IMG/VR virus record: IMGVR_UViG_3300038416_000738
Source of the DNA: a virus
Length of the DNA: 64,000 nucleotides
Direction: 5' to 3' (one strand)
This document shows positions 56,201-64,000 of this stretch, piece after piece. Position 1 is the first letter of the stretch; every line of letters begins with the position of its first letter. The notes under the pieces were generated by a model. That model ran no database searches. It was not told the origin of the DNA and was given only the letters and a program-made list of their open reading frames with translations. The position numbers and the translations under genes were made by a program.

Positions 56201-56600
56201 AAAGCCTTCGTGGCCGTGGTGGGCCGTCGCTGGTGGGCTCGGGGTTTACTATTTCAGCAAATATTTTGGAGTGAAGCAGATGCAAGAGATTCTCAAGGAG
56301 TTGGAGGAGACGCGCTCGGCTCGTGACGCAGCGGTCGCGACCGCGGGGCAAGCGATGGTGCTCGTCGCGAGCCTCACGGCGCTCGAGAAGCTCTTGCGCG
56401 GCAAGCTCAAGGCCGTAGAGGACGCGCTGAAGAAAGAGCGCGAGGACTCTATGGAGGCGCACCACAAGAACTTCGAGGCGCGCCAGAACCTCGAGAAGGC
56501 GAACGAGGATTGGAAACGCAAGCATGCCGACCTCGAAGCGCGCTGCGCCGAACTCGAAGCGAAGCTCAAGGAGAAGAAAGTCAAAGTTCCTGCCCGATGA
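56184..56600 (+). CDS. membrane-anchored coiled-coil protein
   Basis: N-terminal TM then coiled coil. Confidence 0.5.
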   Translation: MTAAIEKPSWPWWAVAGGLGVYYFSKYFGVKQMQEILKELEETRSARDAAVATAGQAMVLVASLTALEKLLRGKLKAVEDALKKEREDSMEAHHKNFEARQNLEKANEDWKRKHADLEARCAELEAKLKEKKVKVPAR

Positions 56601-56821
56601 AAGAAGAGATGTTCGAGGCTTTCCACGTGATCGAGCTGGCGCCCGGTACCTATTTCTGCGGTTCGCAGGACGCGGACAAGAAAGTCCGGTGGGCTTCCGT
56701 CGGCACTCCTCTGCTCGCTAAACGCGCGGATCCCGCACGCGGCGATCTGACGGAAATCCAGAAGGTCTTTCCCCAAGCACGATTCGTTTACGTCCGCACC
56801 ACCTGGAGCCTCGGTTCATGA
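56597..56821 (+). CDS. hypothetical protein
   Basis: ATGA overlap. Confidence 0.4.
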   Translation: MKEEMFEAFHVIELAPGTYFCGSQDADKKVRWASVGTPLLAKRADPARGDLTEIQKVFPQARFVYVRTTWSLGS

Positions 56822-57597
56822 GCTTCCGCGACGCGTGGATCCCGAATGGTCGCGTTTCGAAACGCGTTCACCTGATTTTCGGGGCAGCGACCGTCGTTCT
56901 GCTCATCGCGGCTTGGGCGATGCGCCCGGCTTTCTTGCCCGGTCCTCTGGACGTCGTGCATGCGTTTCCGAACCTTGTCGACCAAGGTCTCTTGCCGCAG
57001 CTCTTCGTCTCGCTCTCGACGAACTTCCAGGCCATCGGTCTGTCGTGCCTCCTCACGCTGCCGCTCGCGTACCTCACGGTGCTGCCGGCGGTGCGCCCGT
57101 TCGTCCGCGCGCTCTCGAAGATGCGTTTCCTCGGCCTCACGGGCTTCGTCGTTCTTTTCACGATCCTCTTTGGCGGGGGCCACGGACTGAAGGTTGCGCT
57201 CCTCGTCTTCGGCATGGGCGTCTTCCTCGTCACGAGCCTCTACGATGTCGTCGAGGCGATCCCGCGCGAGGAGTTCGACCACGCGCGGACGCTCCGGATG
57301 GGGCCGTGGGGGAGCGTCGTCGAGGTCGTCGTGCTCGGCCACCTCGACGCCGTGATCGACGCGGTTCGCCAGAACGCGGCGATGGGTTGGGTGATGCTCA
57401 CGCTCGTCGAGGGGCTCGTGCGGTTCGAGGGCGGCCTCGGGTCGATGATGCTCGCTGAGGACAAGCACATCCGCCTCGACTCGGTCTTCGCGATCCAGAT
57501 CGTCGTCCTCGGCGTCGGCGTCGCGCAGGACTTCGCCTTCGTGTGGCTCAAGAAGATCCTCTGCCCGTACGCGAGCCTTACCTTGGAGAGGCAATGA
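56818..57597 (+). CDS. ABC transporter permease (TauC/SsuC-like, BPD_transp_1)
   Basis: 6 TM helices; 'EAIPREEFDHARTLRMGPW' EAA-loop motif characteristic of binding-protein-dependent permeases. Confidence 0.8.
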   Translation: MSFRDAWIPNGRVSKRVHLIFGAATVVLLIAAWAMRPAFLPGPLDVVHAFPNLVDQGLLPQLFVSLSTNFQAIGLSCLLTLPLAYLTVLPAVRPFVRALSKMRFLGLTGFVVLFTILFGGGHGLKVALLVFGMGVFLVTSLYDVVEAIPREEFDHARTLRMGPWGSVVEVVVLGHLDAVIDAVRQNAAMGWVMLTLVEGLVRFEGGLGSMMLAEDKHIRLDSVFAIQIVVLGVGVAQDFAFVWLKKILCPYASLTLERQ

Positions 57598-57929
57598 CGC
57601 CCGAGCATGAATTGTTCTTCGGCTGCCTTGGCGTGCTCGTCGTCAGCGCGGGCCTCTTCGCCGGTATCGTTGTCTGGGCGCTGAAGGGCGGCGGCAAACC
57701 CATCAAGGGTCTGCCGCGAGCGCCGAGCTACGCGTTCACGTGCGTCTTCGGCGCGCTCTGGAACGCGATCATCGTGAGGTCGCTGCCGGGCACCATTTTC
57801 TGCTTGGCGCTCGCGGGACTATTCCAATTGGGAAGTGGGTGGTCGTACCGGCGCCAGACGTGGACCGTGGCATCGGTCATCGCGGGAGTTGCGATCGTGT
57901 TCGACATCTGGCTCGTGAGGTCCCTGTGA
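57594..57929 (+). CDS. hypothetical membrane protein
   Basis: 3 TM helices. Confidence 0.45.
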   Translation: MTPEHELFFGCLGVLVVSAGLFAGIVVWALKGGGKPIKGLPRAPSYAFTCVFGALWNAIIVRSLPGTIFCLALAGLFQLGSGWSYRRQTWTVASVIAGVAIVFDIWLVRSL

Positions 57930-58180
57930 CGTTTGTCGACGAGCTTGCCCAGGCCGCGCTGCGCGGGTTCTTCGGCGACGCCGAGGGCTTCAAGAACATG
58001 GATCAGGACGCCTCGCGCAAGGCCGCTGCGCGCGAGGTGCGGAAGGTCCTCACCCGGTACTTCTCGTGGTGGGCGCCGCAACCAGAAGTCACGAAGAAGT
58101 CAGAAGTCCATCGTCCCATCATCGCTAAACAGATATCCGCCCACACGAACGGCGTGGGCGGGAAGAAGGAGCACTCATGA
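57926..58180 (+). CDS. hypothetical protein
   Basis: GTGA overlap. Confidence 0.35.
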   Translation: MTFVDELAQAALRGFFGDAEGFKNMDQDASRKAAAREVRKVLTRYFSWWAPQPEVTKKSEVHRPIIAKQISAHTNGVGGKKEHS

Positions 58181-58545
58181 TCAAGCACCAAGTCCACTCG
58201 AAGTTCAAAGTCTTCATCTCTGACGCGGAGAGTGAGGACGCCGTGGAACAACTCTTCCGTCAAGCGGACGTCTTCACCAAGGACAACAGCGTCGCGCCGA
58301 AGAGCATCGGTGTCGAATACCTCGAAGGACAGAAGCGCCTCATCCTCAGCATCGGGTATCGCGACGACGAGCCGGGGTACCCCGTGAACCTGAAGTCCGT
58401 GCTCCTCGGCAAGCTCGCGATGAACTCGTCCACGATCGAGGCAGCGTTGGAAAAGGCGGCGGACGAGACGGACAACGTCATCTGCCACGAGTTCTTCGTC
58501 ACCGAGGGCGGCGACTTCGTGATGGTGCTCCTCTCGCACGGGTGA
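58177..58545 (+). CDS. hypothetical protein
   Basis: ORF track. Confidence 0.45.
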   Translation: MIKHQVHSKFKVFISDAESEDAVEQLFRQADVFTKDNSVAPKSIGVEYLEGQKRLILSIGYRDDEPGYPVNLKSVLLGKLAMNSSTIEAALEKAADETDNVICHEFFVTEGGDFVMVLLSHG

Positions 58546-58546
58546 C

Positions 58547-58864
58547 ATGAAACTGCGGAAAGAAAAAGACTTCGTTCCGACGTTGCTTCTCGTGTTTGGA
58601 CCACCCCGCGTCGTCTTCTCCATGGACGAGTGGGAGGAGGAAGTGGATCGGCAGAAGCTCCTCGCCGCTGTCGGCCTGCTTCGCCGTTGGGACGGCCGGA
58701 CATGGGGCTGGTCGATGGCCGTGAGGGCGAAGGAAGACGGGCGCGAGGGCAAGCAGGTGTGGCACTGGTCGAGCAGCGGCAATTTCATGGAATCGAAACA
58801 CGTTGGTGTTGAAGATTTCGAGCGCGCGTGGGCGGAAGTCACAGGCAAGAGGCGCGCGTCATGA
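58547..58864 (+). CDS. hypothetical protein
   Basis: ORF track. Confidence 0.4.
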   Translation: MKLRKEKDFVPTLLLVFGPPRVVFSMDEWEEEVDRQKLLAAVGLLRRWDGRTWGWSMAVRAKEDGREGKQVWHWSSSGNFMESKHVGVEDFERAWAEVTGKRRAS

Positions 58865-59118
58865 AATGTCCGCGATGCGATATCGAATTGGTGACGAAGT
58901 ATGGCCGTGAGGTGCACTGGGATGATCGGGATTGCGTCGAACATCTCCAGCGACACCTCCGCGCCCTTCGCGCTGAAGTCGCACGCAAGGACGCGGCGCT
59001 CGAGAAGCTCCTGGACTTGATGGACAAATGGAGCCCCGATACGGCGATTCACATTCTGCACGCAGCCCTCGCCCCGGCTGCGGAGTCGGAGTTCAAAGGG
59101 GTGCCGGTGACGCCGTGA
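58861..59118 (+). CDS. hypothetical protein with N-terminal CxxC
   Basis: ATGA overlap. Confidence 0.4.
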   Translation: MKCPRCDIELVTKYGREVHWDDRDCVEHLQRHLRALRAEVARKDAALEKLLDLMDKWSPDTAIHILHAALAPAAESEFKGVPVTP

Positions 59119-59924
59119 ATCACGAGTACAAGGACGTCCTCATCAGCATCCAAAACGTGGGCCTGTCGTACGGCGGCAAGCCGATCCTCGAGGATCTGTC
59201 CGCGGAGGTGCGCGACATCGTTCGGCCTGATGTCGTGACGGGGCAGGTCATCGGCGTGCTCGGGCCGAGCGGGATCGGTAAGACGCAGCTCTCGCGGATT
59301 ATGACGGGGCTTCAAGAGCCGACGTCGGGCGAGATCCTCGTGGGCGGCAAGAAGGTCGCGGCCGGCGTCGTCGGTTACGTCGCGCAGAATTACCCGCTCC
59401 TTCGCCACAAGACCGTCCTCGGCAACCTGAAGGTGGCGGCGCGCCGCGCCGGCGCGTCGGGCGAGGGGGCGGCGCAGAAATCGAACGACATGCTCTCGAA
59501 GTTCGGGCTCGCGGACAAGGCGCTCGATTTCCCCGCGGAGCTTTCCGGCGGCCAGCGGCAACGCGTCGCCATCGCGCAGCAGCTCCTCTGCTCCGAACAC
59601 TTCCTCATCCTCGACGAGCCGACGACGGGTCTCGATCCCATCATGAAGGACAAGGTGTGCGAACTCATCAAGCAGGTTGCATCGCTCTCAGAAGAGAACA
59701 CGATCTTCGTCGTGACGCACGACATCGCCGCGATCCTCACCATCGCCGATCACCTCTGGCTCCTCGGGCGAACGCGCGACGGCGAGGGACGCTCGCTCGG
59801 CGCGAAGATCCTCCACACGTACGATCTCATCGAGCGCGGCCTGGCGTGGCAGGAGCGCCCGCAAGACCTGCCCGCGTTTGCGGAGATGCAAAGGGAAGTG
59901 CGCGAGCGCTTCGCGACGCTATGA
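59115..59924 (+). CDS. ABC transporter ATP-binding protein (TauB/SsuB-like)
   Basis: Walker A 'GPSGIGKT', signature 'LSGGQRQR', Walker B 'LILDEPT', H-loop 'VTHD'. Confidence 0.85.
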   Translation: MNHEYKDVLISIQNVGLSYGGKPILEDLSAEVRDIVRPDVVTGQVIGVLGPSGIGKTQLSRIMTGLQEPTSGEILVGGKKVAAGVVGYVAQNYPLLRHKTVLGNLKVAARRAGASGEGAAQKSNDMLSKFGLADKALDFPAELSGGQRQRVAIAQQLLCSEHFLILDEPTTGLDPIMKDKVCELIKQVASLSEENTIFVVTHDIAAILTIADHLWLLGRTRDGEGRSLGAKILHTYDLIERGLAWQERPQDLPAFAEMQREVRERFATL

Positions 59925-60217
59925 GCGCCGAAGACGGTCTTCCGACGCCGCGACCTTCGCGCGAGCGTGCCGCGTGGCTCGTTCACCCGGTGAGCAGCGT
60001 CGGACGCCTCACGATTGCCTCCTCGCAATACGAGGAGCTTCGCGCTGAGGCGCTCGCGTTGAAGGGCGAGAAGGACAGCGTCCTCGCCGCGGGCGAGGAA
60101 CTTCTCCGGTCGCTCGGAGAGTTCACGCGTCAGAGCATGCATGCGAACCCGGAATGGAAGAGTGGAATCGAGGCGATGGAGAAAGCCCTTTTCGAAGCCA
60201 AGAAAGTGAAGCCGTAA
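59921..60217 (+). CDS. hypothetical protein
   Basis: ATGA overlap. Confidence 0.4.
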   Translation: MSAEDGLPTPRPSRERAAWLVHPVSSVGRLTIASSQYEELRAEALALKGEKDSVLAAGEELLRSLGEFTRQSMHANPEWKSGIEAMEKALFEAKKVKP

Positions 60218-60549
60218 TGCTCGACATCGAGGTCATCCGGAAACGCATCTCGAAACCCACACCCGCGATCATCTCGTCGGACGAGGACGACACGCCGGAG
60301 CAGGCGCGTGACCTCGAGATCCGTAACCAGAACATCCTGGCGTGGGCCGAAGATCGCCGTGACCTTGCTCGCGCACTCGCGGAGATCGAGCGCCTCGAAG
60401 ACGAGAACGCGCTCCTCAAGAAATCGGCGGAGCCGGAGATGCTCGCGCTCCTCGAGCGCTTCTTCGCATGCCTCGATCAAAAGCAAGAGATCGAAGGAGA
60501 GATGCGCGCCCTCGTGACCGTGGCGAAGGTTACCAAGGTCTTGCCTTGA
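60217..60549 (+). CDS. hypothetical coiled-coil protein
   Basis: TAATG overlap. Confidence 0.4.
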   Translation: MLDIEVIRKRISKPTPAIISSDEDDTPEQARDLEIRNQNILAWAEDRRDLARALAEIERLEDENALLKKSAEPEMLALLERFFACLDQKQEIEGEMRALVTVAKVTKVLP

Positions 60550-61217
60550 TCACGTTCGCGATCCTCCTCGGCGTTTTCGTGGGCCTCATGATGTTCGCGA
60601 TTCCGGTGCTCGCCGGCAGGCGCGCGCCACCGAGGTCGATCGCGCCCATCGAGACGCCCTACATCCGGGCCGCGGTTCACGAGGCGGGCCACGTCGTCGC
60701 CGCGTGGAGCTGCACGTTCGTGCGCAACATGCCCGAGGTCCTCGTCCGCATGGAGGGGTCGGGGCACGTGCAGATCGCGTACTTCAACATCGGCAAGCCC
60801 GACGAGCGATGGTGTTACCTCGCGATCCTCCTCGCGGGCGCCGCGGCCGAGGCGACGATCTTCAAGAAAGGGCGGAGCGCTCAAGCGGCGTCCGACCTCC
60901 GCGCAGCCCTCGCGGAAGCCAAAGCGATCGGCGACGCATCGCCGCCTTGGAAGCCGATCGAGACGGGCGCGTCGATCGACTTCGTTCGGCTCTTTCAAGA
61001 GCCGCTTGATCCGAAGGTGCTCGGGGTCCTCGTGCAGGGTTACCGCATGAGCAAGCGCCTCGTCCTGCGCAAGCGAGCGAGGCCGTTCCACCAGACGGTC
61101 TCGATGCTCATCGCCTCGGGGCGGGCGTCCGAGGCCCAGCTCGAGAAGATCCTCGGCTCGCGTTTCGTGGCGCGCTCGGTCGCGCCGCTCGGCGCCCGGT
61201 TCGTGGGGCTCGGATGA
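60546..61217 (+). CDS. membrane-anchored HExxH metallopeptidase (FtsH/M41-like peptidase domain)
   Basis: N-terminal TM; 'AVHEAGHVVAAW' then '~75 aa' then 'LAILLAGAAAEATIF' parallels FtsH 'YHEAGHA...LLGGRAAEE'; start uncertain (TTG 60546 / ATG 60588). Confidence 0.55.
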   Translation: MITFAILLGVFVGLMMFAIPVLAGRRAPPRSIAPIETPYIRAAVHEAGHVVAAWSCTFVRNMPEVLVRMEGSGHVQIAYFNIGKPDERWCYLAILLAGAAAEATIFKKGRSAQAASDLRAALAEAKAIGDASPPWKPIETGASIDFVRLFQEPLDPKVLGVLVQGYRMSKRLVLRKRARPFHQTVSMLIASGRASEAQLEKILGSRFVARSVAPLGARFVGLG

Positions 61218-61417
61218 CAGGCCGCCAGCTCGCGCTGCTGATGCTGGACGTCGTCTCGGGCGACACGGCGAGCCTCTCGAAAGAGAGTGACGACGTGACC
61301 ATGGCGCGCATGTCGACGTGGGCGCGAAATCGCGCGGCGTTCGTGCGGCTCGCGATCAAAATTCCAGAAGCGCTTCCGTCCGTTTTCGCGTCGCGCCTCC
61401 AACCGGGAGAACGATGA
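61214..61417 (+). CDS. hypothetical protein
   Basis: ATGA overlap. Confidence 0.35.
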   Translation: MTGRQLALLMLDVVSGDTASLSKESDDVTMARMSTWARNRAAFVRLAIKIPEALPSVFASRLQPGER

Positions 61418-61476
61418 AAAAGGAAAAAGGACGGTATCGATGATCCGAAAAGCAGTACAGTAAGGAACCACTGACC

Positions 61477-61620
61477 ATGAGCGGAATTCGAAGGTGCGAG
61501 GCGTGCGGGAACTTGTTCAAGATCAAGAACGACGGTCCCGAACCGAGGACCGATGCGAGCCGACGGGACGTTCCCGAAGCACGTCTGTTCCAAGTGCAAG
61601 GAGCCAAAGAAGGAGCATGA
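61477..61620 (+). pseudogene. possible frameshifted Zn-ribbon miniprotein
   Basis: CEAC in this frame; matching CSKC...* half lies in +1 frame (61553-61636). Confidence 0.25.
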
Positions 61621-61814
61621 GCAAAAGCAAGGATGACATCTGCCGGCGCCCGGGCTGCGGCAAGCGTCGGTGCTGGCACATGGGTCAAGGTGGATTGGGG
61701 ATGTGTGGACCCGGCAAAAACGGTTTCACTGGAGATTCGACCTTTGAGCAAGCGTTGAGGGACGGCGGCTTCGTGGAGAGCGAAGTTCTCTTAGAGGAGG
61801 AAGGGCGACGATGA
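61617..61814 (+). CDS. hypothetical Cys-rich small protein
   Basis: ATGA overlap; CxxxGCGKRRC. Confidence 0.35.
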   Translation: MSKSKDDICRRPGCGKRRCWHMGQGGLGMCGPGKNGFTGDSTFEQALRDGGFVESEVLLEEEGRR

Positions 61815-62059
61815 AGCGGATCATCCAAGAAGGCATCACCCAGTACAAGGCGTCGTGCTCCGAGTGCGGCGCTCGGTTCACCTACGAGCGCGAAGACGTG
61901 CACCACAACTACGTTCACGGCGGCGACTACGTCTCGTGCCCGAGCTGTGGACACTCGTGCAGGCATCACGGTGCATCCGGAACATCGTGGCCGGGATGCG
62001 GAGGTGGCTTGCGCCTGCCGAATTCGTGGCGAAACGATTGGAGCTGTCAGCGATCATGA
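61811..62059 (+). CDS. hypothetical Zn-ribbon protein
   Basis: CSECG...CPSCGHSC. Confidence 0.4.
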   Translation: MKRIIQEGITQYKASCSECGARFTYEREDVHHNYVHGGDYVSCPSCGHSCRHHGASGTSWPGCGGGLRLPNSWRNDWSCQRS

Positions 62060-62490
62060 GCAACGGCGACGACAAGCAGACGTTCCACATGGCCGCTGTC
62101 GCGGGGATGATGACCGGCTACGTGCTCGGCGAGGACGACGAGACCGGTTTCGACGCGCAGCATCGCCTCACGGAGCACGTCCTCGGACACCCAGTCTGGA
62201 CTCACGAGTTCGCAGAAGAAGCGCTCTGGCAGCGCGTGCGGGACGCGCTCCTCGCGCAGCACCCCGAACTCAGTTCGCTTCCACCGTACGACAGGGAGAA
62301 AGCGAAGAGGGCCAAAGCGGCCGACAACGTCATGACGTACGTGCATGCCTACGTGAGGGCAGCGACCGTGGCATGCGGGGAGACCATGACTTTTTTCAAG
62401 GGGATCGCCGAACGGACGGAGAATCCTTTCGAGAGTCTCCGGAGAATTGCGCCGGACAAACCGATTCTCGGCGTCGTCGTGAAGGAGTGA
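62056..62490 (+). CDS. hypothetical protein
   Basis: ATGA overlap. Confidence 0.45.
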   Translation: MSNGDDKQTFHMAAVAGMMTGYVLGEDDETGFDAQHRLTEHVLGHPVWTHEFAEEALWQRVRDALLAQHPELSSLPPYDREKAKRAKAADNVMTYVHAYVRAATVACGETMTFFKGIAERTENPFESLRRIAPDKPILGVVVKE

Positions 62491-62491
62491 C

Positions 62492-62713
62492 ATGATGCCG
62501 ACGTTCAAGCTCGCAAAGGACGAGACGGTACTCGAGGACGACTACCCGATCGTTCCTCGCTACGTGTACATCTGCGACAAGCGGTTCACCCGTTATGAGG
62601 GGTTCGTTGAAACGACGGTCGCGAAATGGAAAGCGTTGAACGGCTTCACCGAGATCCGTCGATGCGATTTATTCGATCACAAAGACGCGAAGCTCGGCGA
62701 CGCGGTGGAATGA
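62492..62713 (+). CDS. hypothetical protein
   Basis: ORF track. Confidence 0.4.
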   Translation: MMPTFKLAKDETVLEDDYPIVPRYVYICDKRFTRYEGFVETTVAKWKALNGFTEIRRCDLFDHKDAKLGDAVE

Positions 62714-62916
62714 GGAAGAGAATGTCGTTCAAGGGACATCGTGAAGTTGAGAGCGCTCTCGGTCGCCTCGCGCCAGGCGATCGTCGTGAGCTTGAACTCT
62801 TCCTCCGGTACAGGCGACTCGTGGGCGAAGCTGTGCGTGCGGGTTGCACGATCCGGGAAGCCGAGCGCGCGATCTATCCCGACGTCTATCTCGGGTCGAG
62901 CGAGGAGCGGCCGTGA
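62710..62916 (+). CDS. hypothetical protein
   Basis: ATGA overlap. Confidence 0.4.
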   Translation: MRKRMSFKGHREVESALGRLAPGDRRELELFLRYRRLVGEAVRAGCTIREAERAIYPDVYLGSSEERP

Positions 62917-64000
62917 AATCGATCCCCGTCTTCTACACGCCCAAGATGGTCGTCAGCTCCGAGCGCGCCTCGCCGAGCGCGGGCAAACCGGCCGCCGTCG
63001 TCGCGTCATGGAAAGAAAAATTCCCGATCGAGATCGTCGAACCCATACCCGTCACCGTGGTCGAACTCGCGCGGGCACACGATCGCAAATTCGTGGAGGA
63101 CGTGCTCGCTTGCCGCGCGCCGAACGGCTTCGGCAATCGATCGCGTGAGGTCGCGGACTCGCTCCCCTACACGTCGGGCGCGATGCTCTCGGCGGCGCGC
63201 CGCGCGCTCGAGACGAAGAGCGTGGCAGCGGCGCCGTGTTCGGGTTTCCATCACGCGGGCCACGCGCGGGCGGAAGGGTTCTGCACGTTCAACGGGCTCA
63301 TGGTGACGGCGCTTGCCCTGAAAGAGGAGAAGCTCGCTGAGAGCGTAGGCATTCTCGACCTCGACATGCATTACGGCAACGGCACCGACAACATCATCCA
63401 GAAGCTCGGAATCGATTGGGTCCATCACTTCACCGCGGGCATGAACTGGACGCGGCCCGACCAGGCGAAGGTGTTCCTGGAAGAGGGGCTCGAGGAGAAT
63501 CTCGACCGGATAGTGGTCAACAACGTCGACATCGTCCTCTACCAAGCCGGCGCTGACCCACACATCCACGACCCGTACGGCGGGTGGCTGACGACCGAGC
63601 AGCTCCGCGAGCGTGACAGGATCGTCTTCCAGACGTTCTTCGATTACGGGATCCCCGTCGCGTGGAACCTCGCGGGCGGCTACCAGGTGGAGGAAGACGG
63701 GAGCATCCCGAAGGTGCTCGAGATCCACGACCACACGATGTTCGAGTGCATGAATTGTGACGGATACGAGGACGTCGAGCAGTTTCGGCAGGAGCGAGAA
63801 CAGCCGACCGGTTTCCAGATCGTGGACATCACTGTCGGGTCCACGTGGCTCTACGTTTCGCTCGCGCGCGCATCCAGTGAATATGTTCTTCTCGTGCAGC
63901 GCGATCGTTTCGAACGGATTCGCAAGGCGACGACGGAGCAGCTCCAGCGTTACGAGCTTCTCGCGGACGGAAGCGCGGTCCACTGGCCAGCGATCGACGA
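62913..64000 (+). CDS. histone-deacetylase-family (HDAC/acetylpolyamine amidohydrolase-like) protein, 3' partial
   Basis: GTGA overlap start; 'CSGFHHAGHARAEGFCTFNG' and 'ILDLDMHYGNGTDNI' match the HDAC-fold catalytic HH and D-x-H...D metal-binding motifs; runs off window end. Confidence 0.7.
   Translation, partial: MKSIPVFYTPKMVVSSERASPSAGKPAAVVASWKEKFPIEIVEPIPVTVVELARAHDRKFVEDVLACRAPNGFGNRSREVADSLPYTSGAMLSAARRALETKSVAAAPCSGFHHAGHARAEGFCTFNGLMVTALALKEEKLAESVGILDLDMHYGNGTDNIIQKLGIDWVHHFTAGMNWTRPDQAKVFLEEGLEENLDRIVVNNVDIVLYQAGADPHIHDPYGGWLTTEQLRERDRIVFQTFFDYGIPVAWNLAGGYQVEEDGSIPKVLEIHDHTMFECMNCDGYEDVEQFRQEREQPTGFQIVDITVGSTWLYVSLARASSEYVLLVQRDRFERIRKATTEQLQRYELLADGSAVHWPAID

Overview
This 64 kb window is a high-GC (~68%) stretch with essentially single-strand polarity. 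About 135 plus-strand ORFs are tightly packed and often joined by ATGA/GTGA/TGATG stop-start overlaps; only one small ORF is plausible on the minus strand. This architecture is typical of a phage, prophage, ICE or large plasmid. No capsid, terminase, portal, tail or integrase gene is recognisable here. Recognisable products: Ku, FtsK/SpoIIIE-family DNA translocase, Dam-type N6-adenine methyltransferase, SNF2-family helicase with a Cys-cluster insertion, MazG-like NTP pyrophosphohydrolase, nucleoside 2-deoxyribosyltransferase-like protein, DHFR, HAD phosphatase, J-domain (HPD) protein, two lysine-rich histone H1-like proteins, two ribbon-helix-helix proteins carrying low-complexity repeats, a TPR protein, a DUF433 protein, a Pol-beta-superfamily nucleotidyltransferase (GS-X10-DLD), an OmpA-domain membrane protein, an ABC permease and an ABC ATPase separated by runs of small ORFs, an HExxH (FtsH/M41-like) membrane peptidase, and a 3'-truncated HDAC-like amidohydrolase. 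A Cys-rich lipoprotein with NCNGCG-type motifs hints weakly at a myxobacterial host. Non-coding signals include a 15-bp palindrome TAGACA-N3-TGTCTA+TATATAG present on both sides of ku, a sigma54-like -24/-12 element, a GTGAAC/GTTCAC palindrome cluster, recurring sigma70-like AT-rich promoters (TTGCAT/TTGACA-N16-17-TACAGT/TAAAGT), two rho-independent terminators, and several tandem repeats: (AAGGGG)9 inside a CDS, (GGTTCGT)4, (GTGAGGCG)3 and a 16-bp duplication across a stop codon. Most ORFs are hypothetical. Coordinates for starts are inferred from frame, RBS and coupling and may be off by one alternative start.
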